Shown in pieces: positions 39,157-53,664 of a DNA stretch of 64,000 nt. A model generated the notes under the pieces. The model was not told the origin of the DNA. It saw nothing but the letters and a program-made list of their open reading frames with translations, and made no database searches. The DNA is taken from the NCBI GenBank assembly GCA_951406725.2, contig OX597819.1, positions 62,434,001-62,498,000 of the forward strand, written 5' to 3'. Positions within the stretch are counted from its first letter, which is position 1; the number at the start of each line of letters is the position of its first letter. This DNA is from Octopus vulgaris (lineage: Eukaryota). The position numbers and the translations under genes were made by a program.

Positions 39157-40410
39157 CATATACACACACACTAACTCTCTCTCTCACGCTCCCACTAACA
39201 TCAGAATCTCCCATACACACACACACGCACAGAGTCTCGCACATTCACAAACACTCACACATACTCACACACATTTCTCACTCTCTCTCTCTCTCTGTCA
39301 CACACGCTTACACACTCACATACACTCTCTCACACGCACACTAGCATTCACATTGATACGCATACACACACACCCATTACCCCCCTCTTTCTCTCTGTCT
39401 TTCATACATACAAAACAGCCCCTCACCCCCCCCGCACCCACACCTACCCTTCTCTCTTTCTCCCTCCACACTCGCATATGCACGTTCTCATTCCCTCTCA
39501 TGTTTCGTCAATATGGGAGTGTTTTGTTATACAGAACAATATAAAAAGAGGGAAAACAAAATGTCGGCCAAGCTTCTTTTTCCTCCTTTCAAGTAATATG
39601 ATGTCCAGCTATATGCATCGGCCATCATTGCTAATCCAGAGCCGACGCAAGATTAAGATTTACGGCGTCTCGTCACGATTGCTCGCGTGTGCATGCTTAT
39701 GTTTGCATAGAAGCATGTGGACGTTGGTGAGTGTGTGTGTGTGTGTTTGTATGCATGTGTGTATGTGTGTGTGTTTGTGAGTGTTCTGAATATGTACGTG
39801 AATGTGTGCGCGTGTGATTGCGAATCTGAGTGCGTGTGCGTGTGATTGCGAATCTGAGTGCGTGTCCGTTTGTGTGTATGCATGTATGTGCATATGTGTG
39901 TGTGTTTGTGTGTGTATGCTTGTGTATGCATGTGTATGTGTGTGAGCAACCTCTGTGTGTGTGTATGCATGTGTATGCATGTGTATGCATGTGTATGCAT
40001 GTGTGTGTATGCATGTGTATGTGTGCGTGTGTTTGTGTGTGTGAATGTGGAGGGGTGTGTCATGTGGGGATGTTTCTATGGATGTATATGTGTGCGCATC
40101 TGAGTGTGTGCGTGTGTGTGAGTGAGTGTGTGTGTGTGTGAGAGAGAGTGTGTGTGTGTGCATGTATGATCGTACATGTGCTTGTATGTGTATATATGTG
40201 TGTGTATGTGTGTGTGAGTGTAAATATTTGTGTGCGCGTCTGAGTGTGTGTGTGTGTGTGTGTGTATGCATGAATGTGCATGAGTTTTTGAGTGTGTGTA
40301 TATATATATATATGTGTGCATGTTTGTAAGTGAATGTATGTGTATGTATGTAAATGTATGAAAGCGTGAGCTTGATTGCTTATATGTGTGCGTGTGTATG
40401 TACGTGTGTG

Positions 40411-40458
<48 letters not shown>

Positions 40459-40959
40459 AGCGTATGTGTGTGTGCCCGTGTGCCCTTAAGTGTGTGTGTA
40501 GTGTGTGTGTGTGTGTATGTGTGTGTGTGTATGTAAGACTGTGTATGTATGTCTCCCTACTAGTCTTCGTTATGGTTGTTCCACTTCAGAGCCACGCAAC
40601 TGTGATTAATTAGCAATTATTACAACTTGAGTGGCGAACGAAGGACACTGTGGTAAGCAGGTGGTGGTGGTGGTCGTGGTATTGATGGTTGTGGTGGTGG
40701 TGGTGGTGGCGCGGCGGCTGGGAGAGCAAGCGATCAAAGTGCTTAATGGCATTCAGTTCATGTGCTGTCGGTTCAACTCCCACCGAGGTCCACTTCGCTA
40801 ATCACCATCTCAGATCGCGAGCCGATTGCCCTAACCGCTAAGCCACGTTTCTTCACCGCCCATCAAATAAGTACCAGTTATAAGATTTATAAAGTGGAAG
40901 CTCTTCAGTCGACAATATCCCGTCTCAATAATTCACTTAGCCTAATCACAGAATAATAA

Positions 40960-41570
40960 TGGTTTCAAATTTTGGTACAAGGCCAGCAATTTCGGGTCAG
41001 GGGTTGGGTGAGACGAATACATCGATCGCAGTACTCAACTGGTACTTATTTTATCGACCCAGGAACGATAAAAGGTAAAGCCGACATCGGCGGAATTTGA
41101 ACTCAGAACATAAAGACGGACGAAATATCTCTAAACACTTTGTCCGGCGTGTTAACGACTCTTTTTCTTTTCTAATCAAGGCACAAGGCCCAAAATTTTG
41201 GGGGAGGGAGGCATCGATTAGATCGACCCCCAGTACACAATTGGTACTTAATTTATCGACAGAGAAACGATAAAAGGCAAAGCCGACATCGGCGGAATTT
41301 GAACTCAGAACGTAAAGACAGACTAAATATCTCTAAGCACTTCATCGGGCGTGTTAACGATTCTTTTTCTTTGCTACTCTAGGCATAAGGCCCCAAATTT
41401 TAGATGAGGGGGCCAGTCGATTAGATCGACCCCAGTACGCAACTGGTGCTTAATTTATCGACCCAGAAACGACATAAGACAAAATTGACCTAGGCGGAAT
41501 TTGAACCCAGAACGTAAAGACAGACGAAATATCGCTTAGCATTTCGCCCGGCGTGTAAACCTCGCTACCT
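40960..41570 (-). mobile_element. Family B SINE, three modules
   Basis: Older tail at left, two tail-2 modules joined at GTTAACGA(C/T)TC. Confidence 0.8.
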
Positions 41571-41890
41571 TACTAATCACCAGTGATAATACTTCACTGC
41601 TGTAACCATGTTTGTTTCACATGTGTCTATGTTGTTCCAACCAATTTACAGCTAAAGTTTAAATATGATTTATTTTAATGTTAACTAAATTAATTAAATA
41701 AATACAATTTTCTAAAATACATTGTTTGCAATTGACATTTTTCTTTACTCTTTTTTTTTGTTTTTGGTTAAATACTAGCAGTTAGTATTTCTACTCATTA
41801 AAAATATAAAAATATTAGTAGTTAATATTTCTATTAATTTTTTTTTGTCTTTCCCTTTTTTTTACAATAAATGTGAACCAAGAAAATAAC

Positions 41891-42287
41891 CCTTTCTACT
41901 ACAAGCGCAAGACCTGAAATTTGTGGGGAGGGGACTAGTCGATTACATCAACCCCCAGCGTTTTACTGGTACTTAATTTATCGATCCGAAAAAGATGAAA
42001 AACAAAGTCGACCTCGGTGGAATTAGAACTCAGAACGTAGCAGCAGACGAAATGCCTATTTCTTTACTGCCCACAAGGGGCTAAACACAGAGGGGACAAA
42101 CAAGGACAAACATAGGTATTAAGTCGATTACATCGACCCCAGCGCGTAACTGCTACTTTATTTATCGACCCCGAGAGGATGAAAGGCAAAGTCGACCCCG
42201 GCGGAATTTGAACTCAGAACGTAACGACAGACGAAATACCGCTAAGCATTTCGCCCAACTTCTAACGACTCTGCCAGCTCACGGCCT
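41891..42287 (-). mobile_element. Family B SINE, two modules
   Basis: Head, body+tail-1, body+tail-2. Confidence 0.85.
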
Positions 42288-42787
42288 TATGTTCAAAGGC
42301 AATAACGAGTTTAGTTACAAGCATGGCTGTGTAGTTAAGAGGATCGCTTTGGAGCCTAGTAGATGCGGGTTCAAAACCACTGGGCGGCACTTCGGGCAAG
42401 TGTATTTCATTATATCGTCGGGCCGATACAATGCTTTGTGAGTAAATTTGGTAAACAGAAACCGTGTGTAAGAATTTTACTTCCCAGCCACATGGTTCTG
42501 GGTACAGTGCCATTGTACGACGCCTAGGGCAAGTGCCGACTAAAACAACCTCATGTGTGGATTTGATCCTTCCCGAGTCATATAGATACGCAGGGCCAGT
42601 TTCTAGGATTCTGTGGGGTATAACATGTTGCCTCCTGGACGGAACGTTACTTTCTCACAGGATTATTCATTTTTGCCAGCTGGGTAGACTGGAACAACGT
42701 GAAATAAAGAGTTTTGCTCAAGAACACAACGTGTTGCTCGGTCTAGGATTCGAAACCACAATCTTACGATCATGAGTGCAACGCCCT

Positions 42788-43010
42788 TATTTCTTTATTG
42801 CCCACAAGGGGCTAAACGTAGAGGGGACAAACAAGGACAAACAAACGGATTAAGTCGATTATATCGACCCCATTACGCAGCTGGTACTTAATTTATCGAC
42901 CCCGAAAGGATGAAAGGCAAAGTCGACCCCGGCGGAATTTGAACTCAGAACGTAACGGCGGACGAAGTACGGCTAAGCATTTCGCCCGGTATGCTAACGT
43001 TTCTGCAAGT
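42788..43010 (-). mobile_element. Family B SINE monomer nested in a family D SINE head
   Basis: Family D sequence runs 42570-42787 and resumes as TAAGCCACGCG at ~43011. Confidence 0.75.
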
Positions 43011-43909
43011 TAAGCCACGCGCTTTCACTGTATGGATTTGGTAGACGGAAACTGAAAGAAGGTCGTTGTATATATGTATGTGCACGCGCGTGTTTGTGTT
43101 TGTATGTGACCTCGTTTGACAATCGGTGTTGGTTTGTTTACATCCCAGTATCTTAGCGGTTTGGGCGAATAGGATGATGAAATAACTATAAGACTTTTAA
43201 AAAAAGTACTGGGGTTGATTTGTTCCACTAATATTGTTCAAGGTGGTACCCCAGTATGGCCGTAGTACAATGACTGAAACAAGTAAAAGAATATGTGTGT
43301 ATGTGTGTCTTTGTTATTTTATCAACTTTGGTAAAAAAAAAAAAGCAAACAAAATATGCTCTAACAGGATTTGAACCCAGAACCTAGATGTATAAAACTA
43401 TTGCACAGTATTTTGCGCGCCACTCTAGCCACCCAACCACGTTATCTAACCCCCCCCCCCACCAATAACAGGTTGATGGGAGTGGGGTGATGGTGGTGGT
43501 AGTGATGTTAATAGTACTGCTAGCTTTCAGCTGTCTCGTGTATACACTATCGCGTCTTGTATGCTATGCCGAAACACAAAGGACATGTCATTAAAATTTC
43601 ATATCTATAATATAACATTAAATTTCGGTTATATTGTAAATATTTAAAACAACATGGAAACGCTGCTGTTGACATTAAAAATTGTGTATTGTGAACATTT
43701 GAAATTATAAACTTTTAAAACAATGTTTAAACACGTTTAAGACATTTACAGAATAGTTATGCTATTATAGATATTAAAATGTCACATCGAAAAACTTTCG
43801 TTTCTCGTTTCAAATCTATTGTAAATATTGATTTCAAATTATAGTACAGGGTGAACAGGGTGTCCCGAAAGTCATGTCACTACCTGTAAATATCGTTTTA
43901 ATTTTCTGT

Positions 43910-44706
43910 TCTTTTCTACTCTAGGCACAATGCCCAACATTTTTTGGAGAGGGGCCAGTCAATTAGATCGACTCCAGTACGCAAGTGGTACTTAATTTAT
44001 CGACCTCGAGAGGATGAAAGGCAAAGTCGACCTCGGCGGAATTTGAACTCAGAACGAACGGCAGACGAAATACCTATTTCTTTATTACCCACAAGGGGTT
44101 AAACACAGAGCGGACAAACAAGGACAGACAAACGGATTGAGTCGATTATATCGAACCCCAGTATGTAACTGATACTTATTTAATCGACCCCGAAAGGATG
44201 AAAGGCAAAGTCGACCTCGGCGGAATTTGAACTCAGAACGTAGCGGCAGACGAAATACCGCTAAGCATTTCGCCCGGCGTGCTAACGTTTCTTATTTCTT
44301 TACTGCCCACAAGCGGCTACACAGAGAGGGGACAAAGAAGAACAGATAAACGGATTAAGTTGATTATATCGACCCCCAGTGCGTAACGGGTACTTATTTA
44401 ATCGACACCGAAAGGCTGAAAGGCAAAGTTGACCTCGGCGGAATTTAAACTCAGAACATAATGACAGACGAAATACCTATTTCTTTACTACCCACAAGGG
44501 GCTAGATACAGAGGAGACAAACGAGGACAGACGGATTAAGTCGATTATATCGACCTCAGTGCGTAACTGGTACTTAATTTATCTGCCCCGAAAGGATGAA
44601 AGGCAAAGTCGACCTCGGCGGAATTTGAACTCAGAACGTAACGGCAGACGAAATACTGCTACGCATTTCGCCCGGCGTGCTAACGTTTCAACCAGCTCGC
44701 CTCCTT
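43910..44706 (-). mobile_element. Family B SINE, four modules
   Basis: Head, three tail-1 modules and a terminal tail-2. Both recurrent junction types are present. Confidence 0.85.
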
Positions 44707-45927
44707 ATCTCCTGTAAATATTAAATAAAGTGTAGTCTCAGAATGTAGGAAGGTGCACAGCGGAGTGGTTAAGGTATCGAGCTCATGATCATAATATCTT
44801 GGTTTCGATTCCCGGTCCGGTGATGAGGTGTCTTCGTGCAAAACGATTCATTCCACGTTACGAAATGAGTAACTCTAAGACGGACCGGCATCCCGTTGAG
44901 TGTTGTGGTTTTATTCACCTATGATGCTACGGGTACCAGCTTAAGCTCCGACTTTGTGTCCTTGGGGGCTCATGACAAACTAAATCAAATAAGCTGCAGT
45001 ATGGCTGAATGGTTTAAAAATTTGCATCGCAGTCCCGAAATCCTGGGTTCAGTCCCGTTGCAAGACATCTTGAGTCAGTGTAATTTTCTATGCTTCGTGG
45101 GTGATACACTAATTAAAAAAAGGTAACGCTCTGTCACACATATTGCATCATATTGTGGCTGCTTGAAAATTATGTTGAAGGTTTACATATACACCTTTAA
45201 CATATTCAGAAGCAGGTAATCCATTCGATCGGACAACTGGATCCTCATAGTCGATCGACAGAGATCCCTCATTAGCAATTACGAAATAATCTCCTCTAGC
45301 TTACGCACGATACAAAATATGACGGTCGAGTAGGCTGTTTAGAACGTTTTTTTTGTTTGTTTAGTTATAATCCTTCACGTAGTGAGTTCAAATTATACCC
45401 AAACCAAATCTGGTTTTGAACAGAAAAAAAAACCCCTGCAGTAATTGTTCCACTTCTTTGCATTCTGAGTTCAAATTAAGCCAAAACCAATTTTACTTGT
45501 CATTCGGGGTCAATAAAATAAAATAGCTGTCGAATAATATAGACGAATTTCCCCTCTTCCCGTTTCTCAGGAGATCGTCGTTATGAGATCGTCGTTATGT
45601 TCTTTCGTTTTTAAGGAACTCAAAAGGATTGACTTGGATAGTATCCCATTCCTATCTAAATACATCACGGAAACTCTCCTAAGAAATCAGAGAAAATGGC
45701 GGCTGTAAACAGATCAATGTGCTACGCGACGAAAGATAAGTCTTAAAGGAAAACGAGAGATAAGTTTTCATTTCTTCATTCTCTATAACTCCAGACGTTT
45801 TCTATTAACTAACGTTGTTGTTGTTGTTCTTCTTCTTCTCCTCCTCCCCCTCCTCCTCCTCCTCCTCCCCTCCTCCCCTCCTCCTTCTTCTCCAATATTT
45901 TTCTTCCTGTTTCTATTACAAGTACGT

Positions 45928-45973
<46 letters not shown>

Positions 45974-46131
45974 ATTTCTTTCTTCATCTACAGTTTGCTC
46001 GTATCATCACCGTATGTTTCACACACACACACACACACATGCGCGCGCGCAAACAGAGATGCGTATAGAAGTATATAAATATAGCTATATATTACAAATG
46101 GAAACCTACATACACATATACTTACATACAA

Positions 46132-46184
<53 letters not shown>

Positions 46185-46229
46185 CATACATATATATACG
46201 TGTGCGTATATATATATGTGTGTGTGTTT

Positions 46230-46321
<92 letters not shown>

Positions 46322-46779
46322 TTTGCATGCCTCGTTATATTTCTCATGTCGTCAAACCCTAAATCTCTTCTATTTTCCCTGACCCCATTTTATATTTTCT
46401 TTTGTTCTGTCATTCCTGTTTCTGCCGTCCGAATTTACTCAGTTAGTTAAACAAGACCTTTGCCAGTCCACTAGCCGTGATTACACAAGCAATATTCACA
46501 CACAATGGAAATATGTATTGGACTAAGAAACAAAAAATGAACTAAAACAATTCCAGAAAATTCGACAAAACTTGAAGATGGCAGCAAATGCAATAACTAA
46601 GTAATGACGAATGCTCTGTTTTCTCTCTCTATTGTATTCTTTATTTGATTTATGTCTTCTTTTTCTGCCTTATTATTTGTTCTTTCTTCATATTAGTATG
46701 TATGTGTTTAAATATGGCTGCACACACACACACAGACACACACACGTACGTACGCACACACGCACACGCATATATAGTT

Positions 46780-47193
46780 TTCTTTACTACCCACAAGGGG
46801 CTAAACACAGAGGGGACAAACAAGGACAGACAAACGGATTAAGTCGATTACATCGACCCCAGTGCGCAACTGGTACTTAATATATCGATCCCGAAAGGAT
46901 GAAAAGCAAAGTCGACCTCAGCGAGATTTGAACTCAGAACGTAACAGCAGACGAAATACCCGTTTCTTTATTACCCACAAGGGGCTAAACATAGAGGGGA
47001 CAAACAAGGACAGACAAACGGATTAAGTCGATTACATCGACCCCAGAGCGTAACTGGTACTTAATTTATCGACCCCGAAAGGATGAAAGGCAAAGTCGAC
47101 CTGGGCGGAATTTGAACTCAGAACGTAACGGCAGACGAAATACCGCTATGCATTTCGCCCGGCGTGTTAACGATTCTGCCAGCTCGCCGCCTT
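46780..47193 (-). mobile_element. Family B SINE dimer with 20-bp TSD
   Basis: ACGCACACGCATATATAGTT at 46760-46779 and 47195-47214. Confidence 0.9.
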
Positions 47194-47261
47194 TACGCAC
47201 ACGCATATATAGTTAAGCACACACACATATATAGTTAAACGTATGTATATATATTTATATA

Positions 47262-48125
47262 AAGGGTGCGGTGAATATCTTGTCTAAATTACGCGAATAT
47301 GAAAATGACACTGACATCTCATTCTAACAGATATATTTACCAAAATTACATATACATATCTTGAAATACTAAACAGTAAATTTCTCCAATAAAATTAGCA
47401 TTGGCTTCAGCCACAGCCACCAGAAGATTTCAGAATCTCCTGCAACTCTTCCAGATGGTAGTCTTGTTTTAGTTGGTGAATGCTGCCATAATCCTTGCCT
47501 TCAGTTCATTTTTGGTGTAACAAGGAGTTTCGTTGGTCCTTCACTCAGCTGTGCTCCACACATAATAAATCAAGAGGGTTACAATCTGGGGAGTTAGGTG
47601 GCCAGATGTTAGAGGTGATGTGGCCGCAGAAAATTGTCTGGTAGCCATGACTGGGATATCCGGCTTGAATGGCAAGGTGCAAAGTGCTGCTGCCAGACAT
47701 AGCGTCTTCCAGCAGCCACCCTCTTGACCCAGTGCAGCACTACCTCCTCCAGGCACTTGAAGTAAGCCTCCGTGTTGAGTGTGAGACCATGTGGGAAGAT
47801 GAATGGAAGCATAGCAACCCCATCACTAGTGATCACTCCAAACATCATGATATTGACTGGATGTTTGATTTTTTTCACTCTCGTTATATGTCCTCAGATT
47901 GATACCCAAACACCTCTGAAATGTTCGTATTGGAGCTTCCGGCGCGAATGACAAGCAGTACAGCATGTCATTTCCAAATTTCTAGGACAGTGAATTGCAT
48001 CAACATGCTGTTTTTCTCACAGACGGTACCCAACTGACCCTACCATACTGTGTAGTTGACAAAATCAAACACAAACAATGCATGTGCGCGAAATGAAAGG
48101 GCGACAATTTGCCCATCGCACCCTG
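47262..48125 (-). mobile_element. Internally deleted Tc1/mariner (maT-like) element
   Basis: TA-flanked ends AGGGTGCG...CGCACCCTG. Minus frame KHPVNIMMFGVITSDG...LNTEAYFKCLEEVV...YVWQQHFAPCH is homologous to the transposase at 13448-14059. Confidence 0.88.
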
Positions 48126-48211
48126 TATATATTTAATATAAATTTGTGTATATATAAGCATTTATGAATTTAGAAATAAATATACATACGCTTACGTATA
48201 TGTATACACAA

Positions 48212-48244
<33 letters not shown>

Positions 48245-48342
48245 TATGTATATACATGCACATAAATACGCATGCATGAATGAGTATTCGCACACGAACG
48301 CATACATGCAAAAATTTTTGTGTATATGTGTGTATATATATG

Positions 48343-48392
<50 letters not shown>

Positions 48393-48839
48393 ACATAAAT
48401 ATTTTGGAGCTCTAGACATGAGATTGCAGCGTTAGTGCTCGGAAGTGGTTAGGCTACTCTCATAACAACAACAGCAACAATAGCACCAAGAAGAAGGACA
48501 GCAATAATAGAAACAACAACATCAGCAGCAGCAGTAGCAGAAGCAGCAGCAGTAGCAGAAGCAGCAGCAACGACAGCAACGCAACGTCGTCTTCAATATT
48601 TCCATCATAACCATCACCGCCGTCTTTATGATTGTCATCATCATTCTTATCTTATTTATTATATATCATTCGTCCTTAACGACAGCAACGTCGTTGCTAC
48701 AATCACCAGCAGCAGCACCACCACCACCAGCAGCACCAATAGCAGCAGCACCACCACCACCACCATCCTCATCATCATCAGCTACATCATCGAGTCGTCA
48801 ACGTCAAGTCGTCTAGTTGTCGTCATCCTTATCTCCACC

Positions 48840-48875
48840 ATCATCTGTATTAACTAATATTTTAGCCATCATCAT

Positions 48876-48929
<54 letters not shown>

Positions 48930-49050
48930 AATCTGTTAAAACTAATAATTTAGCCATTCATCATCATAATCATCTTCATCTGTTATAACTAATATTTTAT
49001 CCATCATCATTATAATCATCATCATCATCTGTATTAACTAATATTTTAGC

Positions 49051-49092
<42 letters not shown>

Positions 49093-49440
49093 AATCTGTT
49101 AAAACTAATATTTTAGCCAGTCATCATCATAATCATCATCATCTGTTATAATATTTTAGCCATTCATCATCATAATCATCTGTAATAACTAATATTTTAG
49201 CCATCATCATCATAATCAACATCATCTGTTATAATATTTTAGCTATCATCATTATAATCATCATCATCACCTGTAATAACTAATATTTTAGCCATCATCA
49301 TCATAATCATCATCTGTAATAACTAATATTTTAGCCATCATCATTATAATCATCCTCATCATCTGTAATAACTAATATTTTAGCCATCATCATCATAATC
49401 ATCATCATCATCATCATCTGTAATAACTAATATTTTAGCC

Positions 49441-49452
<12 letters not shown>
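48840..49452. repeat. Compound minisatellite: (ATC)n-TGT(A/T)ATAACTAATATTTTAGCC units
   Basis: About a dozen variable-length units, each a constant ~22-bp core plus a variable ATC run. Confidence 0.9.
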
Positions 49453-49474
<22 letters not shown>

Positions 49475-49714
49475 CCCTTATAGACATCCGTCCTCATCAT
49501 CGGCATCAGAAACAACGACAACGAATACATAACTATACCATCATCATCATCATCATCATTATCATCGTCATCATCGTCAACCAAAACAACAATAAACAAC
49601 AACAACGAAAACAGGGACAGCAGCAATAATCCGGAACAAAATGCGATTCCTTATAACACGGCAGCAGCAGCAGCGGCGCGGTGGCACCACCACCACCACC
49701 ACCACCACACCACC

Positions 49715-49746
<32 letters not shown>

Positions 49747-49754
49747 CAACAACA

Positions 49755-49828
<74 letters not shown>

Positions 49829-49971
49829 GGTAATAGCCAAATGAAGATGTCCTACACATTGTGATTGGAAACAAGTTGATCTTTAATCGAATGTCCAATC
49901 ACGCCTGAACGGTAAGCGACCAATGTTTGCACTGGCATCCCTTGAAGCAATAACTAACAGCATAACTACCG

Positions 49972-50083
49972 ATGGTGATGATGCTGATGGTGATGATGGT
50001 GATGGAGATGGTGATGATGATGATTGGGATGATGGTGGTGATGACGACGACGATGATGACGATACCGATGGTGGTGGTGGCGG

Positions 50084-50135
<52 letters not shown>

Positions 50136-50452
50136 GGTGATGATGATGATGATGATGACGATGATGATGATGACAGTGGTGGTTGTGATGATGATGGTGG
50201 TGGTGATTGTGATGGTGGTGATGATGATGACGATTGTGATCATGATGATGATGATGTTGATGACGATGATGGTGGTGGTGGTGTTGGTGGTGATGATGAT
50301 GATGATGATGGTGGTAGTGGTAGTGATGATGGTGATGATGATAATGATGATGATGGTGGTGGTGATTGTGATGGTGGTGATGATGATGATGATGATGATG
50401 ATGATGGTGATGATGATAATGATGATGATGGTGGTGGTGATTGTGATGGTGG

Positions 50453-50489
<37 letters not shown>

Positions 50490-50527
50490 GATGATGGCGA
50501 TGATGAGGATGACGACGATTATGATGA
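49972..50527. repeat. Mixed (GAT)n/(GGT)n microsatellite
   Basis: Direct reading; source of the poly-Asp/His/Met ORFs. Confidence 0.9.
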
Positions 50528-50731
50528 AGCGGGTAGTACAAGGACGGTTACCAATTTGTGTTGGGATTTGCATAACAAAAAAAAAAAAACGCCTAAAAAA
50601 CAAAAAACAAAATAACTAAAACTAAAAAGTTGCAGGGAAGAAAAGGAGAAGTGTGAGGAGATGGAGATGAAAAAGTAGACATTGCATGCAAAATATGTGA
50701 ATACATGCATTACGTACTCCTGCTGATAGAG

Positions 50732-50788
<57 letters not shown>

Positions 50789-51185
50789 TAATAATAATAA
50801 TAACAACAACAACAATAAGGATTTCTAAATCTGTCACAAGCCAATACATTTTGAGATAATGTACAGCTGATTAAATCTGACCACAGAAGTTGATTGGTGC
50901 TTTAATTTATCGATCTTGGACAGGAATACAAAGCAAGGTTGATAGGCAAAGAATTGGAAGCGAGACGGATACAGGACGGAAGTAGATACCTCAAGGTATT
51001 TCGTACAACTCTCAGCCTATTCTACCCTTACTCTGCTACTCTGGAACAAGAATAGGACATTGAGGTAAGATATATTTTGTTGCTTTGTAATGTAGAACTT
51101 CATGCGTTCGAATCTTGCCAGTAGTGATTTAACTATTTTATGTTACTCCGTACTTCATTGAGACACGAATGTGTTTTCCTTATTA

Positions 51186-52137
51186 TATGTATGTATGTGT
51201 GTATGAATGTATGTATGTGTGTATGTGTGTATGTGTGTATGTATGTATATGTGTATGTATGTGTGTATGTATGTATGTGTGTATGTATGTATGTATGTGT
51301 GTATGTATGTTTGTGTGTATGTGTGTGTGTATGTATGTATGTGTGTATTTGTGTATGTATATATGCATGTGTGTGTATGTATGTGTGTATGTGTGTATGT
51401 ATGTATGTATGTGTGTATGTATACATGTATGTGTTTGTATGTATGTATGTGTGCATGTGTGTATGTATATATGTGTGTGTATGTATGTATGTGTGTATGT
51501 GTGTATGTATATGCATATATGTGTGTGTGTGTGTATGTATGTATGTGTGCGTGTATGTATGTATGTATGTGTGTATGTATATATGTATGTGTATATATGT
51601 GTGTATGTGTGTGTGTATGTGTGTATATGTATATATGTATGTGTGTATGTATGTGTGCATGTGTGTATGTATTTATGCATGTGTCTATTTATGCATGTCT
51701 ATGTATGCATGTGTATGTGTGTATATGTATATGTGTGTATGTGTGTATGCATGTGTGCATGTGTGTATGTATGTATGCGTGTATGTGTATGCATGTATGT
51801 ATGTGTGTATGTTTGTATGTGTGTGTATTTGTATGTATGTGTGTATGTGTGTATGTATGTATGTATCTGTGCATATGTATGTATATGTGTATGTGTGTAT
51901 GGATGCATGTATGTATTTATATATGTATTTATATATGTATGTATGCATGTATGTATATATGTATGTACGTATGTATATGTATCTATGTACGTATGTACGT
52001 ATGTATGTATGCTTGTATGTATGTATATATGTATGTATGCATGTATTTAATTACGTATGTATGTATACATGTATGCAAGGCTCTCTTAATTGGAATTTCC
52101 ACTCAACAACAAGGTATTTTTGTATGTATGTACGTAC

Positions 52138-52168
<31 letters not shown>

Positions 52169-52220
52169 TGTATGTATGTATGTATGTATGTATGTATGTA
52201 TGTATGTATGTGTGTATGTA
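51186..52220. repeat. ~1-kb degenerate (TG)/(TATG) microsatellite
   Basis: Direct reading. Confidence 0.9.
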
Positions 52221-52424
52221 TGCCATTATTCAGTTTGTTTTTCAAGGTTTCTTGCCAGTAGTGAAAGAGCCGGTTTCTAACCTAGATCCAAGCCTCTTTC
52301 AGTGGAATTTCAGCATCAACAGCAGGGTGTTTTCTGTGTATGTATGTATGTATGTATATATGTATGTATGTATGTATGCATGTATGTATGTATGTATGTA
52401 TGTATGTATGTATGTATGTATGTA

Positions 52425-52471
<47 letters not shown>

Positions 52472-52520
52472 ATGTATGTATGTATGTATGTATGTATGTA
52501 TGTGTGTGTGTGTGTGTGTG

Positions 52521-52552
<32 letters not shown>

Positions 52553-52873
52553 TGTATGTATGTATGTATGTATGTATGTATGTGTCTGTGTATGTATGTA
52601 TACGTGCAGATTTGCATGTTTTTTTTTACATATGTCTTCTTATACATATACTTGCATATTTAGACATACTCATATATACTTAAATGATAAACTTCTGGGA
52701 AATTTTACAGATTTTTACAGTTCCGGTGATAGATTGGATCTGCAGTTTTTGAATCAGCTTTCTCCTTTCTAATTTTGGGAAGCCTAATTTCTCAAGACTG
52801 GTATTTAGGCAGTGTGATACATATACCACCCATTAATTACAGGTATAAACCTGAACTTGTAATCTGGATACAG
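52221..52873 (-). mobile_element. 3' end of an RLE-type LINE with an internal (TACA)n tract in its 3' UTR
   Basis: Minus frames LYPDYKFRFIPVI / YVSHCLNTSLEKLGFPKLERRKLIQKLQIQSITGTVKICK. The UTR motif GAGCCGGTTTCTAAC is shared with 28856-28870 and 54220-54235. Confidence 0.8.
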
Positions 52874-53363
52874 TGATGTATGTACGTACGTATTTATGTA
52901 TATATGTATGTTCTGGATATGACTTCAAACTGTTTCCGGTTGTGGGATCCTGTTTCCAGAGCTTGGAGGAGTGTGGAACCCTCTCTTAGCGATTATATTT
53001 CCCAGTTCTGCTTTGACCCAAAGTAGTGGAGGCTGTTAGAGCCCCAAATATGGGCTAACTAACGTATACATCAATCGAAGTAATGAATCCTTAGTTCTCA
53101 TTAGAACTTCCTTCTAGGAGATATTGTAGATACATATAAAAAACCTGCCGTTGGTTTCCGGTTATTTCCCTCTCTTTTGTGCCACTAGTGTTATTGCTAA
53201 TTGCCGTGAAAAGTGGGTTCAATGCTGTACAACGCTTTACTCACTCCAGACAAACTCAAGCACGGGGACTTCTTGGAATCTCAGAACGTTTGCGAGGACT
53301 TACTGAGTGCAGGAAGTAGTATTACTCGGTCACGAGTGGAGCTACACTGTGTAGGTACATATG

Positions 53364-53585
53364 CAGTAGTCCCTCGACTATCGCGGGTGTTACGTTTCAA
53401 AATCCCCCGCGATAGGTGAAAATCCGTTAAGTAGAAACAGTACTACACAGTATATCTTTTTTTGTTATTTTAAAATTTGTATATATTTATTTTATTATTA
53501 ATGCAAAACAAAACCTCGGTGGAGTCGACGTAAGCTTAAATAATATACCGCGATAGATGATCCGCGATATGGCGAGGGATTACTG
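53364..53585. mobile_element. Tigger/pogo-like MITE (222 bp)
   Basis: TIRs CAGTAGTCCCTCG / CGAGGGATTACTG; same family as 1512-2248. Confidence 0.85.
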
Positions 53586-53664
53586 CGTATGCACATTATG
53601 TATGCATATATACAAACATGCATGTATGCACTCCATTAATTATAGACTAGGATCAAAAATTATG

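Noticed and set aside
48840-49452. CRISPR-like repeat-spacer appearance (also the SINE arrays)
   Set aside because: Spacers are simple repeats or SINE modules, there are no cas genes, and the context is eukaryotic.
49899-50619. Asp/Gly-rich (acidic matrix-like) and poly-His ORFs
   Set aside because: Open in several frames on both strands because the tract is a pure GAT/GGT mosaic; no signal peptide or codon diversity.
50550-50722. Possible first coding exon on the minus strand (MQCLLFHLHLLTLLLFFPATF or MQIPTQI-G|GT)
   Set aside because: The signal-like peptide ends in a stop, the alternative has no signal peptide, and the sequence is low complexity.
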